From contig CAZXYS010000001.1 of assembly GCA_964645005.1 (NCBI GenBank), positions 158,645 through 222,644 of the forward strand: a stretch of DNA of 64,000 bases. The letters are read 5' to 3'. The DNA is from an uncultured Hyphomicrobiales bacterium (lineage in GTDB: Bacteria > Bacteroidota > Ignavibacteria > Kapaibacteriales > UBA2268). Positions 47,101 through 57,000 of the stretch are shown here, piece by piece (positions within the stretch are counted from its first letter, which is position 1; each line of letters opens with the position of its first letter). A program made the translations under genes and the position numbers. Below the pieces are notes generated by a model, which made no database searches, was not told where the DNA came from, and was given only the letters and a program-made list of their open reading frames with translations.

Positions 47101-48985
47101 ATAATTTCTATGTGGATAATGTTAAATTGCACAGAAAATGTGGGTGTACGGATATTGAAGTTTCCAAAGTTGATATTAAATGGCCCTACACATGCGTGCC
47201 TGCTACTCAGGCTGAGAAAATACCGATAGAGGTTAAGCTGAGTAATAATACATCAGTAATGGCACCGCAATATTGGGTAAAAGTCAGAATATATGAGGGA
47301 AATCCTGATTCAATCCCGCCAGAGAGATTCGCAATCTATTGTAAAAGGGAACCAATTCCATTCCACAGGGAAAGAGAAGAAGTAATCGAATTTATGCCAA
47401 AATGGAATGCCCGAAGGCATGGCGAAGGAAAATTTTTAGTTGTAGCCAACATCATGCTTTCAGGCGGTGATCTTGAAAGATTTAATGATACTACCTATAA
47501 ATTAGTTGAAATTAACTACTGTGATGTTTTTGCTTATGATTCCTACACAAATCCTAAAAATAATGTTGAAGATAAGCAATTCACAGGTTATTGGGGTGGT
47601 GGGTTAAATTTGCGTGGATATAACTACGGCGGTATGGGAAGCATAACTTCTGTCTACCCGGAATATTATGAAACAAAATATATATGTGGTGATCACGGAG
47701 GCTCCGGTAGCGGGCAGATAGCCGTAAAATTTGAGCTTGTCAGGTCGGATACTATCAAAGGTTTTCAGGCGTTTTACGGAAGGCTGAGTGGTAACCCGAA
47801 TAATGTATCTCTTTCTCTTTATACTGATAATGGGTATGACCTGCCGTCAACATTAATTCCCGGTTCCGTAATATACAGGATTCGCGGATACGATGACTTA
47901 AGAGATACTTTCAGATTCGATCATTATGTCACACATTTGTATGATGATCCTATTGTTTTGCCTCGCGGCACTTACTGGGCTGTCATAGGTCAGCTTGACG
48001 AGGAAGGAATTGAGCTCGGAGCCTCAAAATCACGCATGGGCATGAGGACAACCAACTGTTACGTCCAGCCAATTGTTACCCAGACAAAAGAAATCGGTCA
48101 AAAGGGTACTCATTTGATGATACATGACGTTTTCAGGAAGAGGATCAACATCCAGGGAAGATATTATTCAATAAATGAAAACTTTTTTGCTATGGAAAAT
48201 AATTTCAGAAGCGGTAATTGGAAACCATTCATGCCAACAGAAGGCAATCCTGCTTATGCTCACTTAGATCACTTCGGCTCTGTCGATGACGGAAAAACCG
48301 TTACACTGTCAAGAGGCGCATGGATCCCAATGTTAAGACCATATCTTGGCGAAAAGAGTTCCGGAGGCTATTGGATACCGGTAGAACTCACATCCTTCGA
48401 CGGTGTCATGAGCAAGGATAGAATTGACCTCATGTGGGAAACCGCATCAGAGAGCAGCAATTTCGGCTTTTACGTAGAAAGAAGACTAGCAACGGATAAT
48501 CCAAACGCCGAGTGGAACAAAATCACATTGGTCAAGAGTAAAGCGGGAGATGGCGGCAATTCCAACACCCCATTGAGCTACACATACAAGGATTACGATG
48601 TGATGCCAAAGACGACATACCAGTATCGCCTGCGCCAGCTTGACATTGACGGCACAGAAGATTGCGAATGTTCAAGAGTGATTTCAATTTATTACGATCC
48701 TGATTATGCTATAGCGCTGAATCAGGTCGCGCCCAATCCTTTCTCTGATATGACGAAGATCATCTTCACCATACCGGAAAGGCAGCATGTAAGATGGAGA
48801 TTCTTGATATATACGGGAATATAGTTAAGTCAATAGTAGATAAGGAACTTTCCTTAGGCACACATAGCACATACTATTGGGAGGGCGTCGACAACAGCGG
48901 CAGAAAAGTCAGCAGCGGCACCTACATTTGCCGATTAACCGCCGGCGATAATGTCAGGACGAGGAAAGTGACGGTGGCGAGATAA
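44145..48985 (+). pseudogene. tandem paralog of the 39125..43993 giant T9SS cargo gene, disrupted by one in-frame TAG and one 1-nt frameshift
   Basis: ORFs 44145..44510, 44808..48824 (same frame) and 48794..48985 (frame -1) align collinearly with paralog 1 across their whole length, at about 70% aa identity. A TAG at 44508-44510 replaces a sense codon (paralog 1 WEQNPDEGLRFF vs WEEH*GEGLRFF). A 1-nt deletion at about 48791 (paralog 1 GTCAAGGTT vs GTAAGATG) shifts the frame just before the T9SS CTD. It has its own signal peptide and RBS. Confidence 0.65.
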
Positions 48986-48994
48986 GCACAGGTA

Positions 48995-49136
48995 GGACAG
49001 ACCTCCGGACTGTCAACAAGCAGCCCATCTGGACTGTAAATTAGCGTAACAACTTAAGTTCTACCAAAAGTAGTATGACAGACCTCTTGGTCTGTCAAAA
49101 AGGGGGAGGGGTAGCACAGACCTCCCGGTCTGTCCC
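48995..49136. repeat. array of three related short hairpin repeats (ACAGACCTC core)
   Basis: GGACAGACCTCCGGACTGTC at about 48995-49014. TGACAGACC-TCTT-GGTCTGTCA at about 49077-49098, a perfect 9-bp stem. CACAGACC-TCCC-GGTCTGTC at about 49116-49136, followed by a T-run. Spacing is irregular, at 82 and 39 bp. Confidence 0.55.
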
Positions 49137-49216
49137 CAATCCCTGCCAATTTTTTTATTTCCCGCATATTTCATATATTAATTCCAAAAACATTTCGAAC
49201 AAAAATCAGAGAGAAC

Positions 49217-49564
49217 ATGGCTGAAGAAACACTATTCACAAAGATCATCAACAGGGACATCCCTGCGGACATCATTTACGAGGACGACGAGATGGTCGCT
49301 TTCAAGGATATCAATCCACAGGCGCCTTTCCACTGCCTCGTGGTCCCGAAAAAGGTCATCCCGACAGTCAACGACATCCGGGAAGAAGACGCGCCGCTTA
49401 TTGGCAGGCTATTCCTGACTGCAAAGAAACTCGCCGCGGACAACGGACTCTCCGAAGACGGCTATCGCCTCGTCTTCAACTGCAATCGGAACGCCGGGCA
49501 GGAAGTTTACCACCTCCACCTGCACGTCCTCGGCGGCAGGACATTCCGCTGGCCCCCCGGTTGA
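49217..49564 (+). CDS. HIT-family (histidine triad) nucleotide hydrolase
   Basis: 115 aa with an HIT motif in HLHLHVLGG and typical HinT-like N-terminal IFTKIINRDIPADIIYEDDEMVAFKDI. GC is markedly higher (about 55%, GC3-rich) than the flanking genes. Confidence 0.85.
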   Translation: MAEETLFTKIINRDIPADIIYEDDEMVAFKDINPQAPFHCLVVPKKVIPTVNDIREEDAPLIGRLFLTAKKLAADNGLSEDGYRLVFNCNRNAGQEVYHLHLHVLGGRTFRWPPG

Positions 49565-49659
49565 TATAATCACAAATTCACCAAAGCCCGGAAACAAATT
49601 TGGCGCAGTTTCCGGGCTTTTATATTTTTGTAAATACTCAATTTACAAAAAGGAGAAAA

Positions 49660-50628
49660 ATGGACAGCAAAATAATAAACGAAGGCGCAAGAGTCCTGCA
49701 GGAAGAAATCGCAGCCCTCGAGCGGCTCAAATCCAACCTCAACGGCAAATTCGAAGAGGCAGTCAAAACCATCAGCGAAGCCGGCAAAGTCATCGTCACC
49801 GGCGTCGGCAAATCCGGCATGATAGCACGCAAAATAGCAGCTACCCTGTCCAGCGTAGGCATCCCTGCCGTGTTCATACATCCCGTCGATGCTCTGCACG
49901 GCGACCTCGGCTTGGTAAGCGAGAACGACGCCGCAATCATGCTCTCGAAAAGCGGCAGTACCGAAGAGATAGTACGTCTCATACCCTACATGAAAATGCG
50001 AAAAGCGAAGATCATAGCCATCGCAGGCAGCAAGCAATCGCTGCTAAGCAGATCCTCTGACGTAGCGCTGAACGCCTCCGTCGAGCGCGAAGCCTGCCCC
50101 TTCAATCTGGCGCCTACCTCGAGCTCGCTCGCTGCCCTTGCTTTAGGTGATGCCCTTGCAATGGCGAGCATCAAGGTCACAGGTTTCAACATGGAAGACT
50201 TTTCCCGCCTGCATCCACTCGGGCAGCTCGGCAGGAACATCTCCATGCAGGTGAAGGACATAATGCATTTCGGCGAAAACCTGCCGCTGATCGACAGCGA
50301 CACCTTATTCCGTGAAGCCGTCATAGAAATCTCCGACAAAAAGCTCGGCTGTGTCTGTGTAACTGAAGGTGATGAAAAATTAAAGGGAATCATCACCGAC
50401 GGCGACGTCCGCCGCATCTTCCAGCGCTTCGAGGATTTGAACCATCTCAAAACCACCGACGTAATGACCGCCGACCCAGTCACCGTCACCGATGAGACCT
50501 ATCTCAGTGAAGCCCTCGCACTCATGGAAAACCGCGAGAGCCAGATAGCGGTCTTGCCCGTAGTTGACGGCGGCAACAAATGCATCGGCGTCATCCGCCT
50601 GCACGACATAATCCGCAGCGGTATGTAG
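49660..50628 (+). CDS. kdsD: arabinose-5-phosphate isomerase (KdsD/KpsF; SIS + tandem CBS domains)
   Basis: Start set at the ATG preceded by AGGAG (MDSKIINEG...) rather than the upstream in-frame ATG at 49600. The SIS domain includes VIVTGVGKSGMIARKIAATLSSVGIPAVFIHP. C-terminal CBS pair. GC-rich. Confidence 0.8.
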   Translation: MDSKIINEGARVLQEEIAALERLKSNLNGKFEEAVKTISEAGKVIVTGVGKSGMIARKIAATLSSVGIPAVFIHPVDALHGDLGLVSENDAAIMLSKSGSTEEIVRLIPYMKMRKAKIIAIAGSKQSLLSRSSDVALNASVEREACPFNLAPTSSSLAALALGDALAMASIKVTGFNMEDFSRLHPLGQLGRNISMQVKDIMHFGENLPLIDSDTLFREAVIEISDKKLGCVCVTEGDEKLKGIITDGDVRRIFQRFEDLNHLKTTDVMTADPVTVTDETYLSEALALMENRESQIAVLPVVDGGNKCIGVIRLHDIIRSGM

Positions 50629-50805
50629 CGCCGCCCGCATCCCAGCCCCATCATTCCAGCGCTCCAGCGTTGGAATGCATAACTGACGCTCCAGCGTCAT
50701 CCCAGACACAACTAAAAACCCGGGCACAGTCGTTTATATAAATTCGTAATTGAATAAGCCCCGGACCAGAAAAGAAATCCGTTAGGATTTCAACGTTTGT
50801 AGAAG

Positions 50806-51723
50806 CTATTGCACATCCGGCGGCGGCTTCCGTATCGACTTCTTTTCCTGTTCAATCTTAAAGTCTTCAATAGGTTTCGGACGCTTTTTCTTTTCCTTCT
50901 TCTTTTTTCTTTGACTCGATTCCCATGGTTCCGAAGAGCTTACCACTTTATCCTCGGTAATCTTGATATTCCTCACGACAGTACCCTTCTTGCCGAAAGG
51001 CTTGAGCTTCTCGTCATTACGGAAAAATTCCACTGCGCCGGCATTCCCCAGCGTGAGAATAAAATACTTATCCGCATTCCATGTTTGTTCCATGCCGGGT
51101 CCCAGCAGCAGTTGTTCCGAAGTTTTACCGTCAATATCAATACGCATCCAAGAGGAATCCTGCGCCGCAGCTCGCAGCGTCAGGCTGTCCGGCTCTTGCT
51201 CGAAGAGAGAGAGCAGCCCTTTGTCTTTTTTCTCCTGGATAACAGCGGTGTCAGGTTTACCTGCTATTTCGTCGGGGTCGAGCACCTGGTCGCTTTCGCC
51301 GTCAGAGAAAAATACGAAATATATCAAACCGCCGCAGGCAAGGATTATTGCGATATACACAAGCAAATTAATAAGATTAGCCTGTGCATACCTGCTTATC
51401 GTGCTTTTCTTCAATCCGTCAATATCAATTTTTGTGGATATTTTCTCTTTTTTCTCAGGCTCTTGCTGCTGTTGGACATCATTTTTCCCCTTCGGCTCGG
51501 CAAGCTGTTCCATCATTTCCGGGATATCTTCCTCACTCAATCCCAAAAAATTAAGATAGGTCTTCAGGAAAGAGCGGGCATACACTTTAGGCAGTCCGGC
51601 AAACTCGCCACGCTCCAGCGCTTCAAGGACGTGGCGCCGGATCATGGTTTGCTCGCTGACTTCGTCAATGGATAAATTCAGTTTTTTTCTTGTTTCATAC
51701 AGTATTGAGCCAGGGTTGTCCAT
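50806..51723 (-). CDS. RodZ-like cytoskeleton-associated protein (XRE-type HTH + TM + C-terminal DUF4115-like domain)
   Basis: N-terminal HTH LYETRKKLNLSIDEVSEQTMIRRHVLEALERGEF. A TM helix LINLLVYIAIILACGGLIYFVFF. A C-terminal beta-rich domain and a basic tail. Confidence 0.55.
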   Translation of the reverse strand: MDNPGSILYETRKKLNLSIDEVSEQTMIRRHVLEALERGEFAGLPKVYARSFLKTYLNFLGLSEEDIPEMMEQLAEPKGKNDVQQQQEPEKKEKISTKIDIDGLKKSTISRYAQANLINLLVYIAIILACGGLIYFVFFSDGESDQVLDPDEIAGKPDTAVIQEKKDKGLLSLFEQEPDSLTLRAAAQDSSWMRIDIDGKTSEQLLLGPGMEQTWNADKYFILTLGNAGAVEFFRNDEKLKPFGKKGTVVRNIKITEDKVVSSSEPWESSQRKKKKEKKKRPKPIEDFKIEQEKKSIRKPPPDVQ

Positions 51724-51952
51724 AAAGAATCACTTTTGTAATTGCAATTTGTATTATTTAAGTTTTTATTAATAAAAATATATTAATGTTTCTTAATATT
51801 TTATATATATAAACAATTTTTGCGAAAAAACAAACAAAATCTGTGCCTTATTTTACTTTGTTGCACGTTTCTTATTTCGTAACTTGAATTTTTTTAATGG
51901 AAGATTTTAAAAAATAATTAAATTAGCGATCATAACTGCATCGAGAGATATA

Positions 51953-53026
51953 TTGATTTTAGCGCTGAGTTTGTTAATCCTTTCTATAATCCCGGGATTG
52001 ACATATTCCGCTGACAAAGACAGCGCTTCTACACATATCGCCGCCAACCATCCATCGCCCGACACATCCGACATTCTCGCTAATCCCGACAGCAACGCTT
52101 TACAAAAAAGACTGTCTGCAGAGGAATTCATCTATGCAGACACCCGCCTTCATACTTTGAACGGGTCTCTGCCTTACGAAACAACAAAACTAAAGACAGT
52201 GCCCTCGCTCATTGTGGGCGGCTTCTATGCCGGAATCTTCTACTTGCAGCACGACCTGCAAATGAACACTATCTGGGAAGAACAGGGCGACTTCAAATTT
52301 TTCGAAGACGGCAAATACGCGCTTTACTCAGATAAAGCCGGGCATTTCTTCGGGACATATTTCACTTCCTACATAGTTCGTGAAACAATGCTCTACACCG
52401 GCATGAGCTGGGAGATGTCAAACATTGTTTCAACTTTTATCGGACTTGGATATTCTACTTATATCGAAGTCCTCGACGGTTACGGCGAGAACTGGGGTTT
52501 CAGCCCGTCGGATTTTTATTTCGATGTGGCTGGCGCCGGCTTCTATCTCGGGCAGCATTTCATCCCGTTTTTGCAAAATTTCACGCCAAAATTCATGTAC
52601 ATCCCCGCCGAGTGGCACGGTGAGCACGGCAGGAAAGAAGCCGAGTTTTTCATCGACAACTACGGGAATCACACACTGTGGCTTTCCGTAAATGTCGAAA
52701 ACATGCTGCCTGAAAGCGCAAAGGACTACTGGCCCGATTGGCTGGAACTGAGCTTCGGCTATGCTGCGAGAAATCAATGCACACCCGGCAGCGGCTGCGA
52801 AGATTGGAAGGGCGAGCCCCACTACAATGAACACGGAGATGTATTTGTTTACGGCGACCAAAAATACATCCTGGCGCTGGACTACAATTTGGTGAAGATG
52901 CTGCCGGACGATGGATATTTCTGGAATTGGCTGAGGCAGACTTTGAATTTCTTCAAGCTGCCTTCGCCGGCAGTGGAATTTGGGGATAAGACAAGGTTCT
53001 ATCTTGTTTACCCTTTTAAGTTTTAG
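51953..53026 (+). CDS. hypothetical secreted protein
   Basis: Signal peptide MILALSLLILSIIPGLTYSA. Aromatic-rich (W/Y/F) body with no recognised motif. GC3-rich like the preceding three genes. Confidence 0.45.
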   Translation: MILALSLLILSIIPGLTYSADKDSASTHIAANHPSPDTSDILANPDSNALQKRLSAEEFIYADTRLHTLNGSLPYETTKLKTVPSLIVGGFYAGIFYLQHDLQMNTIWEEQGDFKFFEDGKYALYSDKAGHFFGTYFTSYIVRETMLYTGMSWEMSNIVSTFIGLGYSTYIEVLDGYGENWGFSPSDFYFDVAGAGFYLGQHFIPFLQNFTPKFMYIPAEWHGEHGRKEAEFFIDNYGNHTLWLSVNVENMLPESAKDYWPDWLELSFGYAARNQCTPGSGCEDWKGEPHYNEHGDVFVYGDQKYILALDYNLVKMLPDDGYFWNWLRQTLNFFKLPSPAVEFGDKTRFYLVYPFKF

Positions 53027-53114
53027 TGTTTACTGTTTACAGAATCGGAAAATATAATTAAATTAATTTTTCGATTGTAAAATTTTCTTTATATTAATCT
53101 TTTTAATTTTAACA

Positions 53115-53990
53115 ATGTTTAACCTTATCGGAAAGAATTTGAGCGGAAAACAAGCTATAACATATTGGAAAAGGGTCGATTACGAAAATAACAACGGCAG
53201 CCATGATTTAGCGCCGCTGCTAACCAATTATAAATTTGATCTTTACGTACAGCCAAGTATAAGCGTAATAATACCGGTTTATAATGAAGAAAAGATAATT
53301 GGTAAGACACTAAGATACTATACAGATGAGCTGAAATATAAATATAGTTTCGAGTTGATCGTAAGCGATGGCGGAAGCAAGGACAGAACTGTTGAAATTG
53401 CCGAAAAATACGCCGACAAAGTAGTGAAACACAATGGAAAAACAAGACAAAATATAGCTCAGGGCAGAAATCGCGGCGCTGAAGCAGCTTCCGGTGATGT
53501 GCTCGTTTTTATTAATGGCGATACCCGCCCTGATGATCCCGAGACTTTTTTCAAGATGATAAAGCAATGGATGGATGGATTTGACGCTGACAAAAGCGAG
53601 TCCGCAATTGCCTGCCATGTAAAGAGTTTCCCCGAGGAAACCACTTTCAAAGATGATATCTTTTATTCATTACATAATTTATATGTTCAGTTGTTAAATT
53701 CTCTTGGATTTGGTATGGGAAGGGGAGAATGTCAGATTATCAGAACCGATATATTCAAAATTGTAGGCGGGTATGACGACAACATAGTAGCGGGTGAGGA
53801 TTTTGATCTGTACCGCAGGATCAACAAGATAAGCAAAGTAAAATTCTCAAAGCAGTTAAAAGTTCTGGAATCACCACGCAGATTTAGAAAGCAAGGTTAC
53901 ATAAAGACAATTTTTCTTTGGACAATTAATGCCGTTTGGGTAATTTTATTTGGCAGATCGATTTCAAAAGAATGGGAAGCGGTCAGATAG
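53115..53990 (+). CDS. family 2 glycosyltransferase
   Basis: ISVIIPVYNEEKIIGKTLRYY ... LIVSDGGSKDRTVEIA ... VLVFINGDTRP are GT2 N-terminal and DxD-region motifs. AT-rich (about 37% GC). Confidence 0.7.
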   Translation: MFNLIGKNLSGKQAITYWKRVDYENNNGSHDLAPLLTNYKFDLYVQPSISVIIPVYNEEKIIGKTLRYYTDELKYKYSFELIVSDGGSKDRTVEIAEKYADKVVKHNGKTRQNIAQGRNRGAEAASGDVLVFINGDTRPDDPETFFKMIKQWMDGFDADKSESAIACHVKSFPEETTFKDDIFYSLHNLYVQLLNSLGFGMGRGECQIIRTDIFKIVGGYDDNIVAGEDFDLYRRINKISKVKFSKQLKVLESPRRFRKQGYIKTIFLWTINAVWVILFGRSISKEWEAVR

Positions 53991-54097
53991 GGTCAAAAAA
54001 CTAATTAGTTGGTTATTTTAAAAGTTTTATTATTTATATTATTTTTAACCAGACTAAAGAACATAATTTGTTGAACATTTATTAATAAGGTCTTCCC

Positions 54098-57000
54098 ATG
54101 AAAAAAACAGTCGGCGTTTGTCTTGGCGCTTCCACAGTATCATTTGTGTTGGTATCGGGAACTGAAAACGGTGATTTGAATATAGAAAAGCATTTATCTG
54201 TCAAACATGACGGCGATCCAAAAGGAACTTTTCTCGAAAATCTCAAAAAATTCAATCCCGATAAGCTGCCAACGGTCGTCACCGGCAGGAAATTCAGGAA
54301 TATCGTTACTCTTGACAACATTTCCGAGCCGGAAGCCACTGAATTAGCATTTAATCACATAAAAAACAAAGATGATAAATACGATGCCATCGCGAGTCTC
54401 GGCGGCGAGACTTTCATGGTTTATACCCTCGATGATGAATCGAAAATTTCCGGTGTCTACACTAAGAATCAGTGCGCTTCGGGGACAGGTGAATTTTTCC
54501 TGCAGCAGATAAAAAGAATGGATTTATCTGTATCGGAAACGCTGGATATTTCCCAGAATGCAGAGCCTCATAAAGTCTCGGGTCGCTGCTCGGTCTTCTG
54601 CAAATCGGATTGCACTCATGCCCTGAACAAAGGGACGCCTAAATCGGAAGTAACAGCCGGGCTGGCGCTGATGATCGCCGAAAAGATAGAGGAACTTCTG
54701 AAAAAAGTGCATGGCGGCAGGTATCTCGTCATCGGCGGTGTAACTCAGAACACGGTTGTCATGAAGTTTCTCCGGGAAATGTTCACGCAGGTGGAAGTGC
54801 CCGAAGAAGCTACATATTTTGAGGCATTTGGCGCCGCTATTTACGGGTTAAAAAAGAGAACTAAAAATTTTGAATCATTCGATAATATTCTTGTTGAGAA
54901 GGAAAGTTCCTTCACATTCCTGCAGCCTCTTTCAAAATACAGCGACATGGTCAAATACGAGACTATGGAAAAAGGGAAAGCGCATGACGGAGATAGATGT
55001 ATTCTCGGGCTGGACGTAGGCTCGACGACTACGAAAGCTGTAGTAATCCGAACCGAAGATAACAGTATTCTCGGCTCGGTATATCTCTACACTAACGGCA
55101 ATCCAGTTCGGGCTTCCCGGCAATGCTACGAGGAATTGCTGAAACAAATACCCGAAAAAATCAATATTGTCGGACTTGGCGCTACCGGATCGGGAAGGCA
55201 GATAGCAGGGCTGCACGCATTGACCGACGGCGTTATCAACGAAATAGTCGCTCACGCTACGGCAGCAGTATATTTCGATTCCGAAGTGGATACTATCTTT
55301 GAAATTGGCGGGCAGGATGCAAAATATACATACATCATCAACAAAGTACCAGCCGATTATGCCATGAATGAGGCATGTTCCGCCGGAACGGGCTCATTTA
55401 TCGAGGAATCCGCTTATGAATCACTGGGGATAAAAGTCACTGACATCGAAAAAATTGCTATGAAAGGGCAGGCGCCGCCCAATTTCAGCGATCAGTGCGC
55501 CGCTTTCATAAGTTCGGATATTAAAACCGCTTTGCAGGAAGATATTAGGAAAGAAGATATAGTCGCAGGTCTGGTTTACTCAATTTGCATGAATTATGTC
55601 AACCGTGTAAAGGGCAATCGGCAGGTTGGCAAAAAGATTTTCATGCAGGGCGGCGTTAGCTATAACAAGGCTGTACCTGTTGCGATGGCGGCGCTTACGG
55701 ACAAAGAAATTATAGTTCCGCCGGAACCCGGGCTGATGGGCGCTTTCGGTGTGGCGCTGGAAGTGAAAGAAAAGATGGAACTGGGTTTCATTAAAGAGAA
55801 GCACTTTGATCTCGCCGAGCTTGCAGCAAGAGATGTGAATTACAAGAAATCTTTCATCTGCCGCGGCGGCAAAGAGAAATGCGACCGCAAGTGCGTCATA
55901 AATAATATTGAAGTGAATGGTAAGAAATATCCGTTCGGCGGCGCCTGTAACCGCTACTACAACTTACGTTATCACCGGAAAGATATAGCAACCGAAGAAT
56001 ACGACTGGGTAAAGCGGCGTCAGCAAATAACATTCGAAAAATACGCGCCGCAGGTGGATTTACCGGAAGATGCGCCGACCGTAGGTATAAATCTGTCATT
56101 CCACACCTACACTCTATATCCGTTGTACTATAATTTCTTTACAAAACTGGGATTCAGAGTGATTCTGCCGGACGATCTCGATGAGGACGCCCTTGAAAGA
56201 GAACTGACGTCTTTCTGCTTCCCGGCGCAGATCTCTCTCTGCACATTTCAGAACCTGCTGGCGAAAAATCCTGATTATATCTGGGTTCCGCATTTATCCG
56301 AGCTATATGTAAATGATGAAGAAGAATACAGGATAGACTTCTGCAGTACGTGTGTGTTCGTGTGTGCAGAGCCGTACTTTCTGAAGCAGGCATTCAAGGA
56401 TTATCAGCTTGATGGAAGAATGATCCACCCGAATCTGATAATGGCGAGCGGCTATGATTCCGAGCAGGATAAATTCGTGGAATCGGCAAAACAAATGGGT
56501 ATTACCAACGAAGAGAAGATCAGAGAAGCCCATAGATTTGCCGCCGAGCTGCAAATTCAATACCAGGACGAATTGTTCGAGATAGGCGAGGATTTCCTGA
56601 AATTCTTAGAGGAAAATCCCGACGAATTCGCTATGGTACTGGTTGGCAGACCTTATAATGCCTTCACTGATTTTGCCAATAAGGGGATACCCCGAAAATT
56701 CGCTTCCCGCGGTATCCATGTACTGCCCTACGATATTTTCGACTACCGCGATGAGTCTGTCGATGACAATATGTATTGGGAAGGCGGCAAGAAAATTTTG
56801 AAAGTCGCGAAGGTGATCAAAAGGCATCCGCAATTATTCGCAACCTATGTTTCCAATTTTTCCTGCGGACCGGATTCGCTTATAGTCCCTAAATTCCGTA
56901 AAATTATGGGGACGAAACCTTCTCTAACACTCGAACTCGACAGCCACAGCGCCGACGCAGGTATCAATACCCGTATCGATGCTGCCCTGGATATAATCCG

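Noticed and set aside
44145-48985. Calling ORFs 44145..44510, 44808..48824 and 48794..48985 as three separate genes
   Set aside because: All three are collinear fragments of one paralog of the upstream 1622-aa gene. Only the first has a signal peptide and RBS, and only the last has the T9SS CTD.
48995-49136. Possible CRISPR array
   Set aside because: Only three short (about 20 nt) hairpins with irregular spacing and divergent loops. No spacer/repeat periodicity and no cas genes in the window.
49570-50727. Four minus-strand ORFs (155, 114, 167, 115 aa) overlapping HIT/kdsD
   Set aside because: These are high-GC antisense artefacts. The + strand genes have clear HIT and SIS/CBS motifs.
50809-51675. 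288-aa and 198-aa + strand ORFs
   Set aside because: Antisense to the rodZ-like gene, which has a clear HTH/TM architecture. They are composition-driven.
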